Positions 26,528 through 40,800 of a DNA stretch of 64,000 nt are shown here, in pieces. Below the pieces are notes generated by a model, which saw only the letters and a list, made by a program, of their open reading frames with translations, was not told where the DNA came from and made no database searches. Positions within the stretch are counted from its first letter, which is position 1, and each line of letters opens with the position of its first letter. Origin of the DNA: Owenia fusiformis (taxonomy: Eukaryota); NCBI GenBank assembly GCA_903813345.2, contig CAIIXF020000001.1, forward strand, positions 10,540,001 to 10,604,000, in the 5' to 3' direction. Both the position numbers and the translations under genes were made by a program.

Positions 26528-29500
26528 ATGAGTCTATCAACCAATGTGCTTGTTCTATGTTTGGTGATATGCTTAGCAATCGTAGTAGAATCTGCCCCTC
26601 TCAGATCAAGTGCACTGTCGGGTATGGTAAGTCAAAGAACTAATCCAAATGTTATCCATCCCTTTGTTAGAAATTTTGATTGATTATATGCACTATATTT
26701 ATATTCATGTCATAAGTACATGTACATCTAATTAAAATAGATGTATGTACAGGGTGGTCCAAAAAATGGGACACTCGTATTTCCAAAATAAATATTGATT
26801 TTCTTGATGAAAACATGTCATGTTATATACCAGTGGATAGGGAATTTACTTATCTTTAATTTGGTATATCATAAGTTCAAATTTATTATAATGTCTGTCA
26901 ACCAGCGTCCGTTATATAAATTATGTCATTTTAGTTTCAAAACAGGTTTTCCAAAACTTGTAAAAAACAAGTTTTTTGTCAACTTTATGTACACAAACAG
27001 ACGTTTAATATGTCCACCATTTTGATCAATTATAGCCCTCAATTCTGACCTTAACTGGTCAAAAACATCATTAAAATTCTGTTGAGACAATGAATTCCAC
27101 TTCTCAACAAGTCTATCCGTAATAAGGGACTGAGTAGATGTAAGGGGTTCACGGTAAACCAATTCTGTTAGTTCTCCCAATACGTGGTAGTGGGGGACGT
27201 TGACATCGCATTATCCGATTATGTTGTTTTTAGACCATTCTGATATGAACTCATTCTCGAATCATTATATTTTTCAACAAGATGGGGCGCTAAGCAATAG
27301 ATCTCACAAGAGTGTCAAATGTTTAAAGGAAAATGTGCCTAAATTCATCCCCCTAATCACTGCCTCCCCAGATCACACGATCACCCGTCTGCGACTACCA
27401 CGTATGGCAAGAACTAACAGAATTGGTGTACCATGAATCCTTTACATCTATTCAGTCTCTTGAGGACAGAATTGAATTAATGAGAAGTGAAATTCATTGT
27501 CTTAACAGCATATCAATGATGCTATTGGCCTGTCTTAGTTTAGGCCAAAATTGAGGGGTACAATTGATCAAAATGGTGGACATATTGAACGTCTGTTTAT
27601 GTAAATAAAGTTGACAATAAAACTTGTTTTTGCAAGTTTTGGAAAACCCGTTTTGAAATGAAAATGACGTCATTTATATTATGGACGCTGGTTGACTGAC
27701 ATTATAATAGATTTGAACTTATGATATGATCTAAAGTAAAGGACCTTATAAGGGAACGTCATGTGAAGAATCATATCAAAACTATTACCAAAAATTCACT
27801 ACGTAAATCTTCATCATCTAGATCTTTTTGGCGAACCCTCCAAATGTTTAATGCTAAAAGTAAATTCCCAAATGAAATCATTGACCCATTTAACCCCAAC
27901 TCTACGATTGACGACCCCAAACTAGTTTCCCATACGATTGGCAAATATTGGGCAAATGTCGGACCCAAAAGTAGAAACCCCAACTATGTCAAGACCAATC
28001 TGTCTGATGAACTAAATAAACTTGAAAGTGAAACCAAATTTTTTTGTAAAGGTAGGCGTCTGGAAGACAATATTTTCACTCTTAAAGGTATATGTAGTCT
28101 CCGTAGGGATAAAAATCAAAAGACTTATCTAGCTTTCATCGATATATCGAAAGCCTTTGACGTTATTGACCGTGAACAACTCTTTATATCTCTTTGGAAG
28201 AAAGGAATCCAGGGCAAAGCCTGGCGTGTATTGAAAAATCTATACGCATGTGTCAAAAACAAAGTTATATTTGGTAATTTTGGTAGTGAATGTTTCGAAG
28301 TTGAATCTGGCCTAAAACAGGGATGTGTACTCTCACCTACTCTATTTACTGTAATTATGACCGATTTGATTGACAGCCTGATCGAAAATGATATGGGTAT
28401 CCCTTTCAAAGATCTAACTCTACCCGCATTGCTTTTTGCAGATGACATCGTCCTCACAGCTACCAGCGAATCTGATCTCTGTAGAATGCTTGATATTACA
28501 AACGAATTTGGTAAAAAATGGGGGTTTAGTTTCAGCTCAAAAAAGTCTAAAGTTATGATCATAGGTGGAAAAGTTAACAAACATAAAGTTTGGAAGCTTG
28601 GTGAGCTCTCCCTCAATGAAGTAAAAACATATAAGTACCTTGGCGTTTATTTTGACAAAACACTGAAAGACTCGCACCATATTAATAATATTCTTGGTTT
28701 AAAATCAAAAAAGCTCAAAGGTTATATAACCTCAACCCTCAACAAACATTGTAATATCCAACGAATTCAATTTGGTAACACCATGTATAATAACATGTTC
28801 CTTCCTTCAATATTGCATGGAGCAGGAGTCCTCCTTCCAAACTCAAGCGAAATGAAGAAAAATTTAAAGTCGTATCAATACCAAGCTGGTTTATCCATTC
28901 TTAGCCTTAAGTGTTCCCCAGCTTATGAAGCCCTTGTCTGTGATATGGGCTGGCGTCCAATTGAAAAGATCTTTCAAAAACGTCAAATCGACTATTTCTG
29001 CTATCTAAAGAATAAAAACTCTCAAACCCTAGTATCAAAGGTTTTATCTGCCCTCTTGGAATCATATTCAATAAATAAAGAATCTAATTGGAAGTATGTT
29101 TCTAACATAGCAAATATATTAGTGCACCATGGGCTCGATAATAAATTGAATGTTAATTTTGAAGAATGGTACTCATCCTTTCTCAATATTTCCAACGAAA
29201 TTACTACTAAGGAATTGTTTTCATCAATTTGCAACCGGCCATCCCTATCCCTTTATAGAAATGTTAAGAGACATGTCTTTCAAGAAGAGTACCTAAAAAA
29301 CCCATTCAACTTCCAAGGAGCAAGACAAAAATTCTTAGCCAGGTCGGGTTGCTTTAAATTAGAATCAGACCTTAAAAGGTGGAATAAAAGTGATGGCTTT
29401 TGTAAATTATGCCCCTCCAATTCTTATGACTCTATGTCCCATCGCCTGTTCCTTTGCCCCGTCCTCCAGGATAAAAGAAACCTATTCATTAACAATTTAA

Positions 29501-32340
29501 TCTCTTCATGTGACTTTGCCCTTGTAGGTGAATACTTATCAGCGAGCCTTAATGATAAGCTACAATGGATTATTGGTGATTCACTTTACATAGGCACATG
29601 GGGGCAGGACCAAATAAATAAATTTGAGAAATGTGTTTACGAATTTTTAAAGGAAATGTATTTTTAATGATTTTAACCTATTGTATGTATGTATTTTAGT
29701 CTCTTTGGATGCACACTAAATTTTAGTAGTGCCGCTGTTGTAAAAGCGTTTTATCCTAATAAATAAATAAAAAAAAAATAAAAAAATATACGAAATTAAA
29801 GATAAGTAAATTCCCTATCCAGTGGTATATAATATGACATGTTTTCATCAAGGAAATCAATATGTATTTTTGAAATACGAGTGTCCCATTTTTTTGGACC
29901 ACCCTGTATATATTCATTAATGCCTCACACCATATATGATATAATACAATAGTAATGCAATAGATTGAAGTCAATTGTCAAACACAAAACATTTCATAAT
30001 TAAATTTAGTAAGAACAAGGAGTCATGTTCATTTAGTTCATGAATAAATGAACATGACTCCTTGTTCTTACAAGTTGATTGCATATGCAATTATTCATGC
30101 TTATAAGAACATATAAAAATAGACCAAATTAACAGCTATAGTGAATAACTGGGGGGAGGGGGGTACATGTTCAACTATAATTTATTCTACGTGGACAACG
30201 GGTTCCGGGTTTGACTACATCTGGATTCACAAGGTTTCGGTTGTTCCAACTCATTCTGTTGTTCCTAGACCCAGTGATGGTTTGACTATTGAACAGATAT
30301 CACCATCCAGATAATGTTATATGTGACACTCATTTTTTTTAATGGGAGGTTGAATTAATATTGACAAAATAAGTCATTTTTCAATATTTACAGAATTTCC
30401 ACCAAATTCACCACATTCAAATGAGGTACACCTTTGATACACCTGGTATGTTTCTAAATCCAATATTACATTTCAGATCAATTTCACGAAGGATGGAAAG
30501 ATTAAGTTCAAGTTCAAGGATAAGAAGAACAAGAGAAAAAAGTTTTTGGGTGAGTAAGTACTACAAATAAAACATGACTGAAGGCGCACTTGAAAATCGC
30601 CATTTTGTAAACAATGATTTAAGTGATTGGTTTGATTGCCGCAAATTTGCCGCACGCCGAAGAAAATACTATTTCCAATGCTTTTGACATAGAAATTGTT
30701 GTAGATACCAGTAGTACTATTATAAGCATTCGGTATCAAGCCAAACGATAGGTATCGATATGGTGAACTGAATTCAAAAATATTTTTCTCTTATAAACCA
30801 ATTATTGAAAACATTCTGTAAAAAACACGGTCTTTGATGCAATGGTCACTTTGTGTCATTTTGTTCAAATGATGTTCGGATAGATGTTTCATTTCATTCC
30901 GAACATATTATACCAAGAACAAAACGGAGTCTGATGTATTTTCTAAAACAATATAGAGAAAAATATATCATTTTTTCAAATTATATTGTTACCATTCAAA
31001 AGATGACATTAAATTGACGATGTGTAAAATGTTCAGAATTTTTTGCTGACTGGGTCAAGAGAAATGTGTGTTCAAAAAGTTCACCATATCGATACCAATC
31101 CTTTAAATGAAATGGGACAAAATCCAGTCTCTAATAGTCCATAAGAATGTCAAAGGGTCAACATCTAACCTGTAATCAACAATTCACAATAGTTATCAGC
31201 TGGAAACAATGCAAAAGCTTGATTCGGTCCCTTTTTTGTCAAAGCCGGATCCATCTTAAAGCATGAAGTTAAGATATACGTATGTAAGAGCTTCATTTAT
31301 TATCTGTCATGTCCTAAGTAATATATTTTCTCTTTCAGCTTGGGATCCTGTAAATAGAGGTAAGTTAGAGTATAAACTAGGCTACTTCTCTTTTTAATTA
31401 CTTGAGTTTTTAACAGCTACCATTGCTCGTATGTTACGTATGGAAACATACTAACTGGTAAAATGAATAGAGATGTGTAAGGTTCATGTAAAATAGCTAA
31501 AAGGTGCTGCTATACGTTTTGCTAACAATGTCACCCCGAGAGTTAATCAATAAATGACTCAAATTATGGCCAACACAGAAATCCCAATTTCAGAATTTTT
31601 TTCGGAAAACTTGATATCTCTAAAAATCTTTATCGCTGAAAGTTGTTGATCGATGCTATTCAAGTACAACAAACTTTTTTCCATTGGACACTCTATACAC
31701 ACAAAAAATCACGTAGATTCCTTAATTATTGAGACAGTTATTCCAAAATTAGTGGGTGGTGTTTTTATGTCACCCTGTACCTTAAAATATGAGTATTTTC
31801 TCTACATGAAAACTTCGAGACAATTGTATATTTTCTGTCCTTGCATCGTTGCAAGACAAATACGTGCAATAATACTTAAGTCAATCGGACACTTTGTTCA
31901 TGAAGGAGATATTCACTCATCAACTTCACCTTTACATAAGGAACAAAATTGTATATATATATTGCTACATGTATGAATAGCATAAAAAGGTTGGCAGTGC
32001 TACATGTATGGGTTTAGGGATGGGGGTGCATATACTGTACATTAGAAACACCCTGTATATCAAATTAATCGTTTTAATTAATCACAAAAATGTGACGTCG
32101 ATAATATCAACGCTTATATTTGTGAACATTTTCATTTGATTTTGCTATTTTATTTATTATTGCATCATTTAAACGAGACCAAGTGAACAAGTGATATATT
32201 GAATAATCTCAATTTGACTTTTATTTGTTTTAGCATTTGTGAAAATAAAAAACCCATTCGTATTGGAAGGAACAACACCTCCACCTCAAACGACTACAAA
32301 AAAGCAAAAGAAACGGAAACAGAAAAAGAAACGACAATAA
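26528..32340 (+). CDS. Novel secreted microexon-family protein, paralogue C (99 aa, Lys/Arg-rich tail)
   Basis: Exons 26528-26626, 30477-30549, 31339-31359 (21 nt), 32234-32340 give 300 nt. MSLSTNVLVLCLVICLAIVVESAPLRSSALSGM/INFTKDGKIKFKFKDKKNKRKKFL/AWDPVNR/AFVKIKNPFVLEGTTPPPQTTTKKQKKRKQKKKRQ*. Confidence 0.87.
27728..29785 (+). mobile_element. 5'-truncated non-LTR retrotransposon (LINE)
   Basis: Interrupts the right arm of the Tc1-like element (TTATGATAT|...|ATATACGAAATTAAAG, possible ATAT TSD). 3' (TAAA)n/poly-A tail at about 29757-29785. Confidence 0.88.
27763..29667 (+). CDS. LINE ORF2 fragment: reverse transcriptase plus C-terminal Cys/His motif; no endonuclease, internally deleted
   Basis: Motifs FIDISKAFD, GLKQGCVLSPTLF, LLFADD, YKYLGV and CKLC..HRLFLC in the 634-aa ORF. 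Confidence 0.88.
   Translation: MKNHIKTITKNSLRKSSSSRSFWRTLQMFNAKSKFPNEIIDPFNPNSTIDDPKLVSHTIGKYWANVGPKSRNPNYVKTNLSDELNKLESETKFFCKGRRLEDNIFTLKGICSLRRDKNQKTYLAFIDISKAFDVIDREQLFISLWKKGIQGKAWRVLKNLYACVKNKVIFGNFGSECFEVESGLKQGCVLSPTLFTVIMTDLIDSLIENDMGIPFKDLTLPALLFADDIVLTATSESDLCRMLDITNEFGKKWGFSFSSKKSKVMIIGGKVNKHKVWKLGELSLNEVKTYKYLGVYFDKTLKDSHHINNILGLKSKKLKGYITSTLNKHCNIQRIQFGNTMYNNMFLPSILHGAGVLLPNSSEMKKNLKSYQYQAGLSILSLKCSPAYEALVCDMGWRPIEKIFQKRQIDYFCYLKNKNSQTLVSKVLSALLESYSINKESNWKYVSNIANILVHHGLDNKLNVNFEEWYSSFLNISNEITTKELFSSICNRPSLSLYRNVKRHVFQEEYLKNPFNFQGARQKFLARSGCFKLESDLKRWNKSDGFCKLCPSNSYDSMSHRLFLCPVLQDKRNLFINNLISSCDFALVGEYLSASLNDKLQWIIGDSLYIGTWGQDQINKFEKCVYEFLKEMYF
30751..31096. mobile_element. MITE, internally deleted copy of 17502-18211
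   Basis: Same TIR GGTATCGATATGGTGAACT / AGTTCACCATATCGATACC, with shared interior in reverse orientation. Confidence 0.75.
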
Positions 32341-32959
32341 CAATAACAACGACATAAATTAACGAAGGATGTACTCGCTGACGGTTCATAACAAATAAAG
32401 AAAAATACATTTGCACAATGTCACAATAAAAAGCTTTACGCGACCGATCTAGAAATATTAAACATATCTTGAGTTAATAATACATGTTTAATTGTATGAC
32501 TGAATACCACACTTGTTGAACAAAACTACACTTTATATTTGCTTGCTTTTAATTTGCTGTAAAAAAAATAAATGAATAAACAAAAGTATTACTTTGAACA
32601 GAGTAAGCATGCTTTTTATTAATTTAGTGCTCATGGATGAAATATATTCATTTTAGCAGAAGTATTTTCTGGGTCGCGGCGAATGGCATGATTTCCTGGA
32701 GTCTCTTCAGTTGCAATGTAACAGTATTGGGGTCGATTGGTGTTGTTCCACTACTGTCCTTGGCGGGGGCTCACTACGATACTGTACGACTCCCAGGGTC
32801 TCCTATAGAACGTCAATGGAGTGTGGTCACGAAGTGCGCACTCTATTTTTTAAAATACGAAAATGTTCAGTCTTAATTGATTCTGATCTTCATCCGCTAT
32901 GTATCCCAATGACACAATCTTTACTAGTACATAGGGGTTAAGATGACTACTAGCCAATT

Positions 32960-33688
32960 AAACCCGTCAACCCATTGGTGGACCAAACCCGTCAACCCAT
33001 TGGCCAATCAAACCCGTCAACCCATTGGTCAACTAAACCCGTCAACCCATTGGTCAACCAAACCCGTCAACCCATTGGTCAACTAAACCCGTCAACCCAT
33101 TGGTTAATCAAACCTGTCAACCCATTGGTCAACTAAACCCGTCAACCCATTGGTTAATCAAACCTGTCAACCCATTGGTCAACCAAATTCGTCAACCCAT
33201 TGGTGAAACAAACCCGTCAACCCATTGGTCAACCAAACCCGTCAACCCATTGGTCAACCAAACCGGTCAACCCATTGGTTAATCAAACCTGTCAACCCAT
33301 TGGTCAACCAAACCCGTCAACCCATTGGTTAATCAAACCTGTCAACCCATTGGTCAACCAAACCCGTCAACCCATTGGTCAACTAAACCCGTCAACCCAT
33401 TGGTTAATCAAACCCGTCAACCCATTGGTCAACTAAACCCGTCAACCCATTGGTGAAACAAACCCGTCAACCCATTGGTCAACCAAACCCGTCAACCCAT
33501 TGGTCAACTAAACCCGTCAACCCATTGGTTAATCAAACCTGTCAACCCATTGGTCAACTAAACCCGTCAACCCATTGGTTAATCAAACCTGTCAACCCAT
33601 TGGTCAACTAAACCCGTCAACCCATTGGTTAATCAAACCTGTCAACCCATTGGTCAACCAAATTCGTCAACCCATTGGTTAATCAAAC
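32960..33688. repeat. 25-bp minisatellite, about 29 copies
   Basis: Unit AAACCCGTCAACCCATTGGT(CAACT/CAACC/TAATC) head-to-tail with no unique spacers. Confidence 0.92.
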
Positions 33689-34856
33689 GCGTTAAAAAAG
33701 ATAATAAGGTCAAAAGGGATATAATGATACCCAATGTTAAGTCAAAGGTGTATATTCTCATGTTTAGTCAATGCACGCTTTTGCTGCAATCTCAATATTC
33801 TCAAGAGAAAATTCATAATTTGAATTCTACAGGGTGTCAAATGGCGTCGTACCCCCCTCCCCAGCATAAACTAGGAGTACATGATTTGCATTCTGTATAT
33901 CATTGGAAAGAGCATTCAATTCTGGATAACCCAAGATGAGTCAGGCATTGCTACATATTTTCACATGAATTTGAAATCAATGCCTTTTTATTGGTTTTGA
34001 TGAAAATCCTACAAAGACTTTTTTGGTATTGATCAATACCCTAGCAACAACTCCGCCTTGAACGCTAGTGCAAATTGAGCTCATATAAATGGATAAATTA
34101 GAGCTATTTATGGAAGCTGAAGTTGCAGAGAACAAAATATTCTAAATGTGTCATTCACAAGAACCTCAAAAGGTATTGAGATCTCTTGAGAAAAAACACT
34201 GCTATTGTCCACGCCCTTTTATCTTCATATCCAACCAAAAACTGGCAGCCGTGTTAAGCTGTACACATGTTGTACTTGTTTTTTATTCTGGTAAATGAAT
34301 TATGACCGGGTGATTACTAGTTGGCGCCATTACGCCCCCACTAGTCTATCATCAATACATCTGTATCATACGTTTGCTTGTTAATTTCATTTTGTTAACA
34401 TTTAAATACATCAGTATATTCTGTAGGTTTTCACACAACTGGCGAGTCTCATTCTAGCCGTACCCATAACCTACTTTCTATGTTTATTGGTTCGGTAAAC
34501 ATTTTAATCCCATTCATTTAAATCTATCGTTCCTACATCCTTATGCAATTACTAGCATACGTACATTCCTTTTTTTATTCGATGTGATAATATATGATAA
34601 GACAATACTCGACAGTATTTAGATATCAATCATGAGAATAAGGTGGATGATGTGAAAAGTGCATTTATTATTCCAGATGTTAAATACGACTGAGTGCGTA
34701 TCTTCTTAGAATTCGGGATACTTACCAGTGAAAACCTCACCAATTAAATCAAAAGGATAATTAAGAAAATCATATTTTTTACTAATGACTCAATGATTTA
34801 TTAAGAAGAAAAAATCAACTGAACATTTTTAATAAACAGGGCTAATTAAGAACAAA

Positions 34857-37800
34857 ATGAATCTAGGGTGTTGGATAATCGTGTTATTGTGCTTGTTCTT
34901 AACAACAACGCATGCTCAGGATAAAAAAGAAAAAGATAAAAAGAACAAGAACAAAAAGAACAAGAAGACAACTACTACCACAACAGCAAGTGAAACCACA
35001 ACAACAATTCCAACTACAACCGTAACAACAGCAACAATAGATAAAATTCCCGAGGATGAAGGAGAGATAATAAAGTTACGTATTCCAGGGGAACGACGAG
35101 CTAACCGAACTATTCCTGATAGTGAATTCAAAATCAGGGTGAGTATATCCATGTATCACTCTAGTCTAACATTATTTTATTAGAGGTAACACTTGCCACT
35201 TTTAACATTAGAAATACTGATATTGTTACAAATATATAAGTGTGCAAAATAGAGATCCAAAGTATGTTGATATTATAGAAGCAAAAAGCTAGAACTCCTT
35301 TCTGAACCTTTAAAATAAAATAATATCTCAGAACGCGAAGATGGATTCTTTAGTCGCCAACCATGAGTTCCTCACTCCCGGACATATTTCTCCACTCGCG
35401 CACCGAGTTCCAACATCGCGAACATTTTGTACATAGTACATTCGGCTACTTGGGATTCCAAGTTATATGTCAAAATGTCCAAAGCCATAGGACTCAGTCC
35501 TTTCACAGAACATGTCAAGGGGCGGGATCGCAAAGAAGTCTTCTGTTGTTGAGATCAAGTCTGCACTCTATTAAATAGTACATAAGTTTTTCAGTATTCC
35601 AGAATTTGACACTTGCATTTCAAACAAAACTTTTTTGAAAAATCTCCAAAATATATTTTTAAGTCTTGAAAGTTGGTAAATGAATGATGAAAACATATTT
35701 CAAATTTTACACAGGGGCTTTCACTTTCGTTTTCCACAGGCGTTTGTATGGGTTAAAAATGAAAAGATCCGTATTGTAATAAAACATATTTTTATTCTCC
35801 TTTTTTTATTCTAATTGCATCATATTAATGAAATTACCATTGTAGCAAAAAAATCAACAATAAATGTCAAAGTTGGTTCTTTATTCTGACATCTTCTCTT
35901 CATCGTACAATATGGCTGCCATTTCATGTACATAATTTAGAAACTGGGAATAAATATGAGACTCCCGAGCCTCCATTCACGGATAGTGTCCAAAATATAT
36001 TGGAATTTCTCTATATAAGTATAACAATGTGCCAAGCACCGATTATCTCAGAGTTTTAATCCATATGATACTACCCGTAGCATTGTGTTGATAGAACATT
36101 TAATCATGTATATAATTCCAGATTAACATCGTAAATGGAATATTGAAAGTGGAGTTGTTGGGGGAAGCAAACTCAGATATGGAGGAAATATGTAAGATAT
36201 TATATTCTGAACCATGGTAACTTGATTCGAATTCTGTTTCCTGGGCTATTAGGCTACAATAGCGTGTTAACTTAGCAAAACATTGCATGGGTTTCATTTC
36301 TGCGGGATACGACCATGATTTGACATGACACGTATTACTTAGAGGTTATGTCACTATGACGTGAAATATGCCTGAGTTCTCCCAATATAGGCCGACCTTG
36401 GGAGGCTCTATATTTGGGCAAGAACGAAGGCATATTTCACGTCATAGTGACATAACTGATGTATTACATGCCTTTGTTCCCATGGTTACTTTGTATCAAT
36501 GACGTGACGTCATGATATTATCATGGTTATTAAAGAAATCTAATATCAAAACGAGGTAAGCGGGCTATATCGGGGTAATCGGGCAATATCGGTGGATATA
36601 GCTCGCTAACTTTCCCATTGACTTCCATACAAATGCTTCGCTAGGTATGTAATACTAGAAGTTATTGAACAGAACAATGGACAATATGATACTGTGGTGG
36701 GAAAAACTGTTGGCCAAGTTGTAGTTCTGCTCCTTCTTAGTAACCCGAAAAAAGTTTTAATTCATATTGATGTAACTGACCCATTTGATAAACATGGACA
36801 TGTAATAGCTTGAAATTGTCTCTCATGTAGAAATACTAATTGCCGATTCAAAATCAAAAAGTGTAACTTGTACTGGCAATTACAATTACAAGATATTTCT
36901 TCTTTGATGCTTTCACCCTATAATAATCTATAATAATCAAATGTTACACACCACTTTAAGCCGACACATTTGTATAATACATAATGGGTCAAAACCTTCA
37001 TATATACTTTTAATTTTGCTAAAGAATTAAAAAAAATTATGGAGATGCAGTTTAAGTCGGTCTACCAAATGTTTCCAACATGTCATGACAATGTTTTAAA
37101 AAATATGATGTCTTTTCTGTTTCAGTGTTCGACGTGATCAAAAAGAGTAAGTTAGCTAATATAATTGATTAAGATAATAATGTATGACCGAAAAAGGTAT
37201 TACTAACTTGCAAATGGATCTCAACAGTTATTGTCATCTAAAACTGATTAAATTATTTACTATTGTATAATTGTAAAAAAAATTGTTGGCCATCTAACTG
37301 AGAATTTTTCATATACAGGGTGGGCCAAAAAAACCCACCCCCTTGCCATTATTTCTGATAAACATTTATTTTTTATTACAAAACAAACCCACCCCCTAGC
37401 CATTATTTCTGATAAATATTCATTTTTAACATGTACACCAATAATGATATATCATTTTAAAGATAATTTGATTTGCAACAAAATGATATATAATGGCACC
37501 ATTTTCAACAACCACATATAGATATATAACCAATTATGTGACATGGGGGTCAAAAAACACCTTTTCATTTTTCATCGATTTTGCGAACAATAGCCTATTT
37601 CTACCAACTTTTACTGTTCAGTTAAAAATTGCCACATTGTCATGAGTCCTCCATAACCGGATATTATATATTGTTTTCATTCATTTTTGAACCATGTAAG
37701 CTCAATAAACATGTGTATGCTTATAAAACCAATTCATTTCTTCTTCAGTCTGTCCAAATATGGCTCAATAGACCCACCCCCCGACCCATCCTCTGATCGG

Positions 37801-40800
37801 ATTATTCGCTTAAGACGCGGAAGCCATTGGTTGATGGCGTATAATTGATGGATGGATGCGGAAGTACCATTCAACTGCTAGTTATTCTTTCTTTTAGTTC
37901 CTCTACATCCCTCATAGGCTGGGTGTCTTTAAAGTCAAACTGTTCTAGATGCCCTCGGATATGGTAATCAACATTATTGGCATTTGGACTGTCAGTAAGC
38001 CATTTTTCCGGCTAGAGATGGTGTCATTTCGAATCTCCAAAAACTCCAAGGTAGCATTGGACCTGTGTGATGAAGCACTTTCCTATCGGAAAATGAAGTT
38101 TCTTTCACATGTTTTTTATCCTTGACGAGACCTTTTTTAACACCTCATGTCATAAACACTCAGAGTATAGTTTTGCTCCTTGTTTTGGGACTTCAAATAT
38201 ACCAAGATATGTGTATTTGACACAAAATATCAATAAAATTGTGAAAATAGTAGTGCAATTCATTTTATAGCGACGCAGTATGCCTTAAACATTTCCCAAA
38301 CCTATATATTTTGAGACTATCCTTTTAATACTGCGTCCCCAGAATTCATAAAAAATGGTGTTCAAGATACACTACCCATGCAAGTTATTTTTGCATCTTG
38401 GAAGCCAGCCAGTATCTGTGTGATTTTATAAAAATTTGGAAATAATTTGTATAGATAGTGTACCTTGAACACCATTTTTATGAATGCTGGGGACTCAGTA
38501 TTAAAAGGATAATTTCAAAATATATAGGTCTGGGAAAGGTTTAAGGCACACTGCGTCGCTATAGAATGAATTGCGCTACTATTTTCACAATTGTATTGAT
38601 ATTTGGTGTCAAATACACATATCTTGGTATATTTGAAGTCCCAAAACGGCTTAATTTCAGAAATATCCCAAATTTAAATTCAAAAATGACCGTTAGCTCC
38701 GCACCCTCCGCTCATTTGCTCCGCACCCAATATTTCCCACAGGCTCTGTCTGCATAGGGTGTATTTGGACAGACTGAAGAAGAAATGAATTTGTTTTATA
38801 AGCATACACATGTTTATTGAGCATGCATGGTTCAAAAACTGAATGAAAACAATATATGATATCCAATTATCACACTACCCTACCTCGATAGCGCATGCGC
38901 GAATTTTTTGGCTTTCAATCAGGTCGCTTTTAAGTATATCGACTGCTTAGTGAAAAGGTTAATACGTTTGGTGCTCGGAGTGAGTCAATATTGCTATTCG
39001 CTGAACTTCAGTGGTGCAATAGTGAAGTCCATGTTCCAAGTTATATGATAGTTGAAGAAAGAATGTAAATAATATCGATTTAAATTTTGAAATATTTGAC
39101 ACGTCATAGTACACGGTACACAGCTGCAAAAGTTGATCAATACAGGGTACGAGGAATGTAAATTGTTCAATAGTACAGGGAGCGAGAAAGTAAGCTGATT
39201 ATACAGACATACTATGTCCCGATCTCATGTATATTTACGTTGCAAACAGTGAAAATAATGCTAAAAAGGCCGCCTGTTGATGCTTTGAGGTGTCATCAAT
39301 TGTTATTTAATCCAAATAAAGTAAACATTATTTAGTAGATTTAGACACGGGCTTTTAGGTCGTACATGCATTTTAGTCATTAAATTAACAAGAACGCTAG
39401 ATTATACGTGTTAATAGGGTATCAAATTGAAATAAAATAACGAAATTAAATATGAACACGTAAGTGATAAATTACTATCGGCTATCAGGATTAATGACTA
39501 TCCGCTATTCAGAATAATTAAAATTGCGTGAACTACAGGTAAAGAATCTTTCTATACAAGGGGCGATCCATATATTCTGATAAAAATGCAATCATTTTGT
39601 GATTTTTTCACATATCCCTCTTATTTTTTCAGAAAATGTAGATTATGTAATTACACATACAATGCTAAAATATTATAGCTATATCTTAAATTATCAATGA
39701 GATAAGGTTGCCATGGTAACCTGTATTAAGGGTAGGCAGGTCAATTAAATTATAACATATAAATATCATAATAACTTGATATTTTAATTATTTTAAAGCA
39801 TGCGGAAATCATGCATTTTTCTAAAAGAGTTTGGTATTGTTACTCTTTGTTTGTTGCTAAACGAATGTTTATATGTGGTCACTATAACATCACAACAAAT
39901 CACAATAGCATTGTACGACAGAATGGGCCAATTGACATTACATGTTATGAGACACACCAAAAATCAAATTGTCAGATGAGGTTAATGTGGCTGATGCAGA
40001 GTGTGACATTAACTGATACATTAGGGAATACAATTAGATTTTCTTTTCTTTTAAGAATAAGTTAGAGGACACTGTCAGAGACATACATGGACTTATTAAG
40101 TGCATGGGCAAGGTGTTATATCTGCATAAAGAATCTATAGGTAGTATTGTAAAGAGGAAGGCATGGTCACTGTTGAAGATCATCCACAATCTGGTTGCAA
40201 GAAGACCTTGCGGACAGAGAATAATACTACGATAAATTGAGATGTTACTAATGAAAAGATAGCTATCCCACTGTATAAATTATCAAACAGGGGCAACAGG
40301 GGTATGGAACAGATCAATGAATAGTTGGCAATGACTGGAAGATGCGTTTGGTCTGCTTAAAATAGGTACCGAGGAATGATTAAATTAACATATTTATCTA
40401 TTTTAGACGTTATAATTTAACCGACCTGCCTACCCTAAATACAGGTTACCATGGCAACCTTATTTCAAAATTAATTTAAGATATAGCTAAAATAGTTTAG
40501 CATCGTATGTGTAATTACATAATCTACATGTTCTGAAAAAATGAAAGGGATATGTGAAAAAATCACAAAGTGAGAGCATTTTTATCAGAATATATGGATC
40601 GCCCCTTGTATAACCCCTTGAATGGTCTAATTCACTACCGTCCTCAAAAACCGATCATTTAAAATATTTTGTTCAAAATACCATCATGTCACGACTTAAG
40701 AGCATTTTGTTCTTCACGATTTGCTGTAGAGGTGATATGACGTCGTATTTCTCTATTATTGTAAAAAAACTAATACCAGATCGATGTAGTCTTATATATG

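Larger units (their letters stand above)
26750..29906. mobile_element. Tc1/mariner-derived long-TIR element with transposase remnant, interrupted by a LINE
   Basis: TA|CAGGGTGGTCCAAAAAATGGGACAC...GTGTCCCATTTTTTGGACCACCCTG|TA. Arms are several hundred bp. Remnant YIFQQDGA...SPD...CDYHVWQELTELVY...GGHIERL at about 27260-27600. Confidence 0.85.

Noticed and set aside
30394-30445. Candidate extra exon in paralogue C
   Set aside because: It would leave a 31-nt intron and break phase with 30477-30549.
32960-33688. CRISPR-like array, or coding repeats (ORFs 33100-33436)
   Set aside because: Units are contiguous with no unique spacers, there are no cas genes, and the context is eukaryotic. The ORFs are by-products of the repeat.
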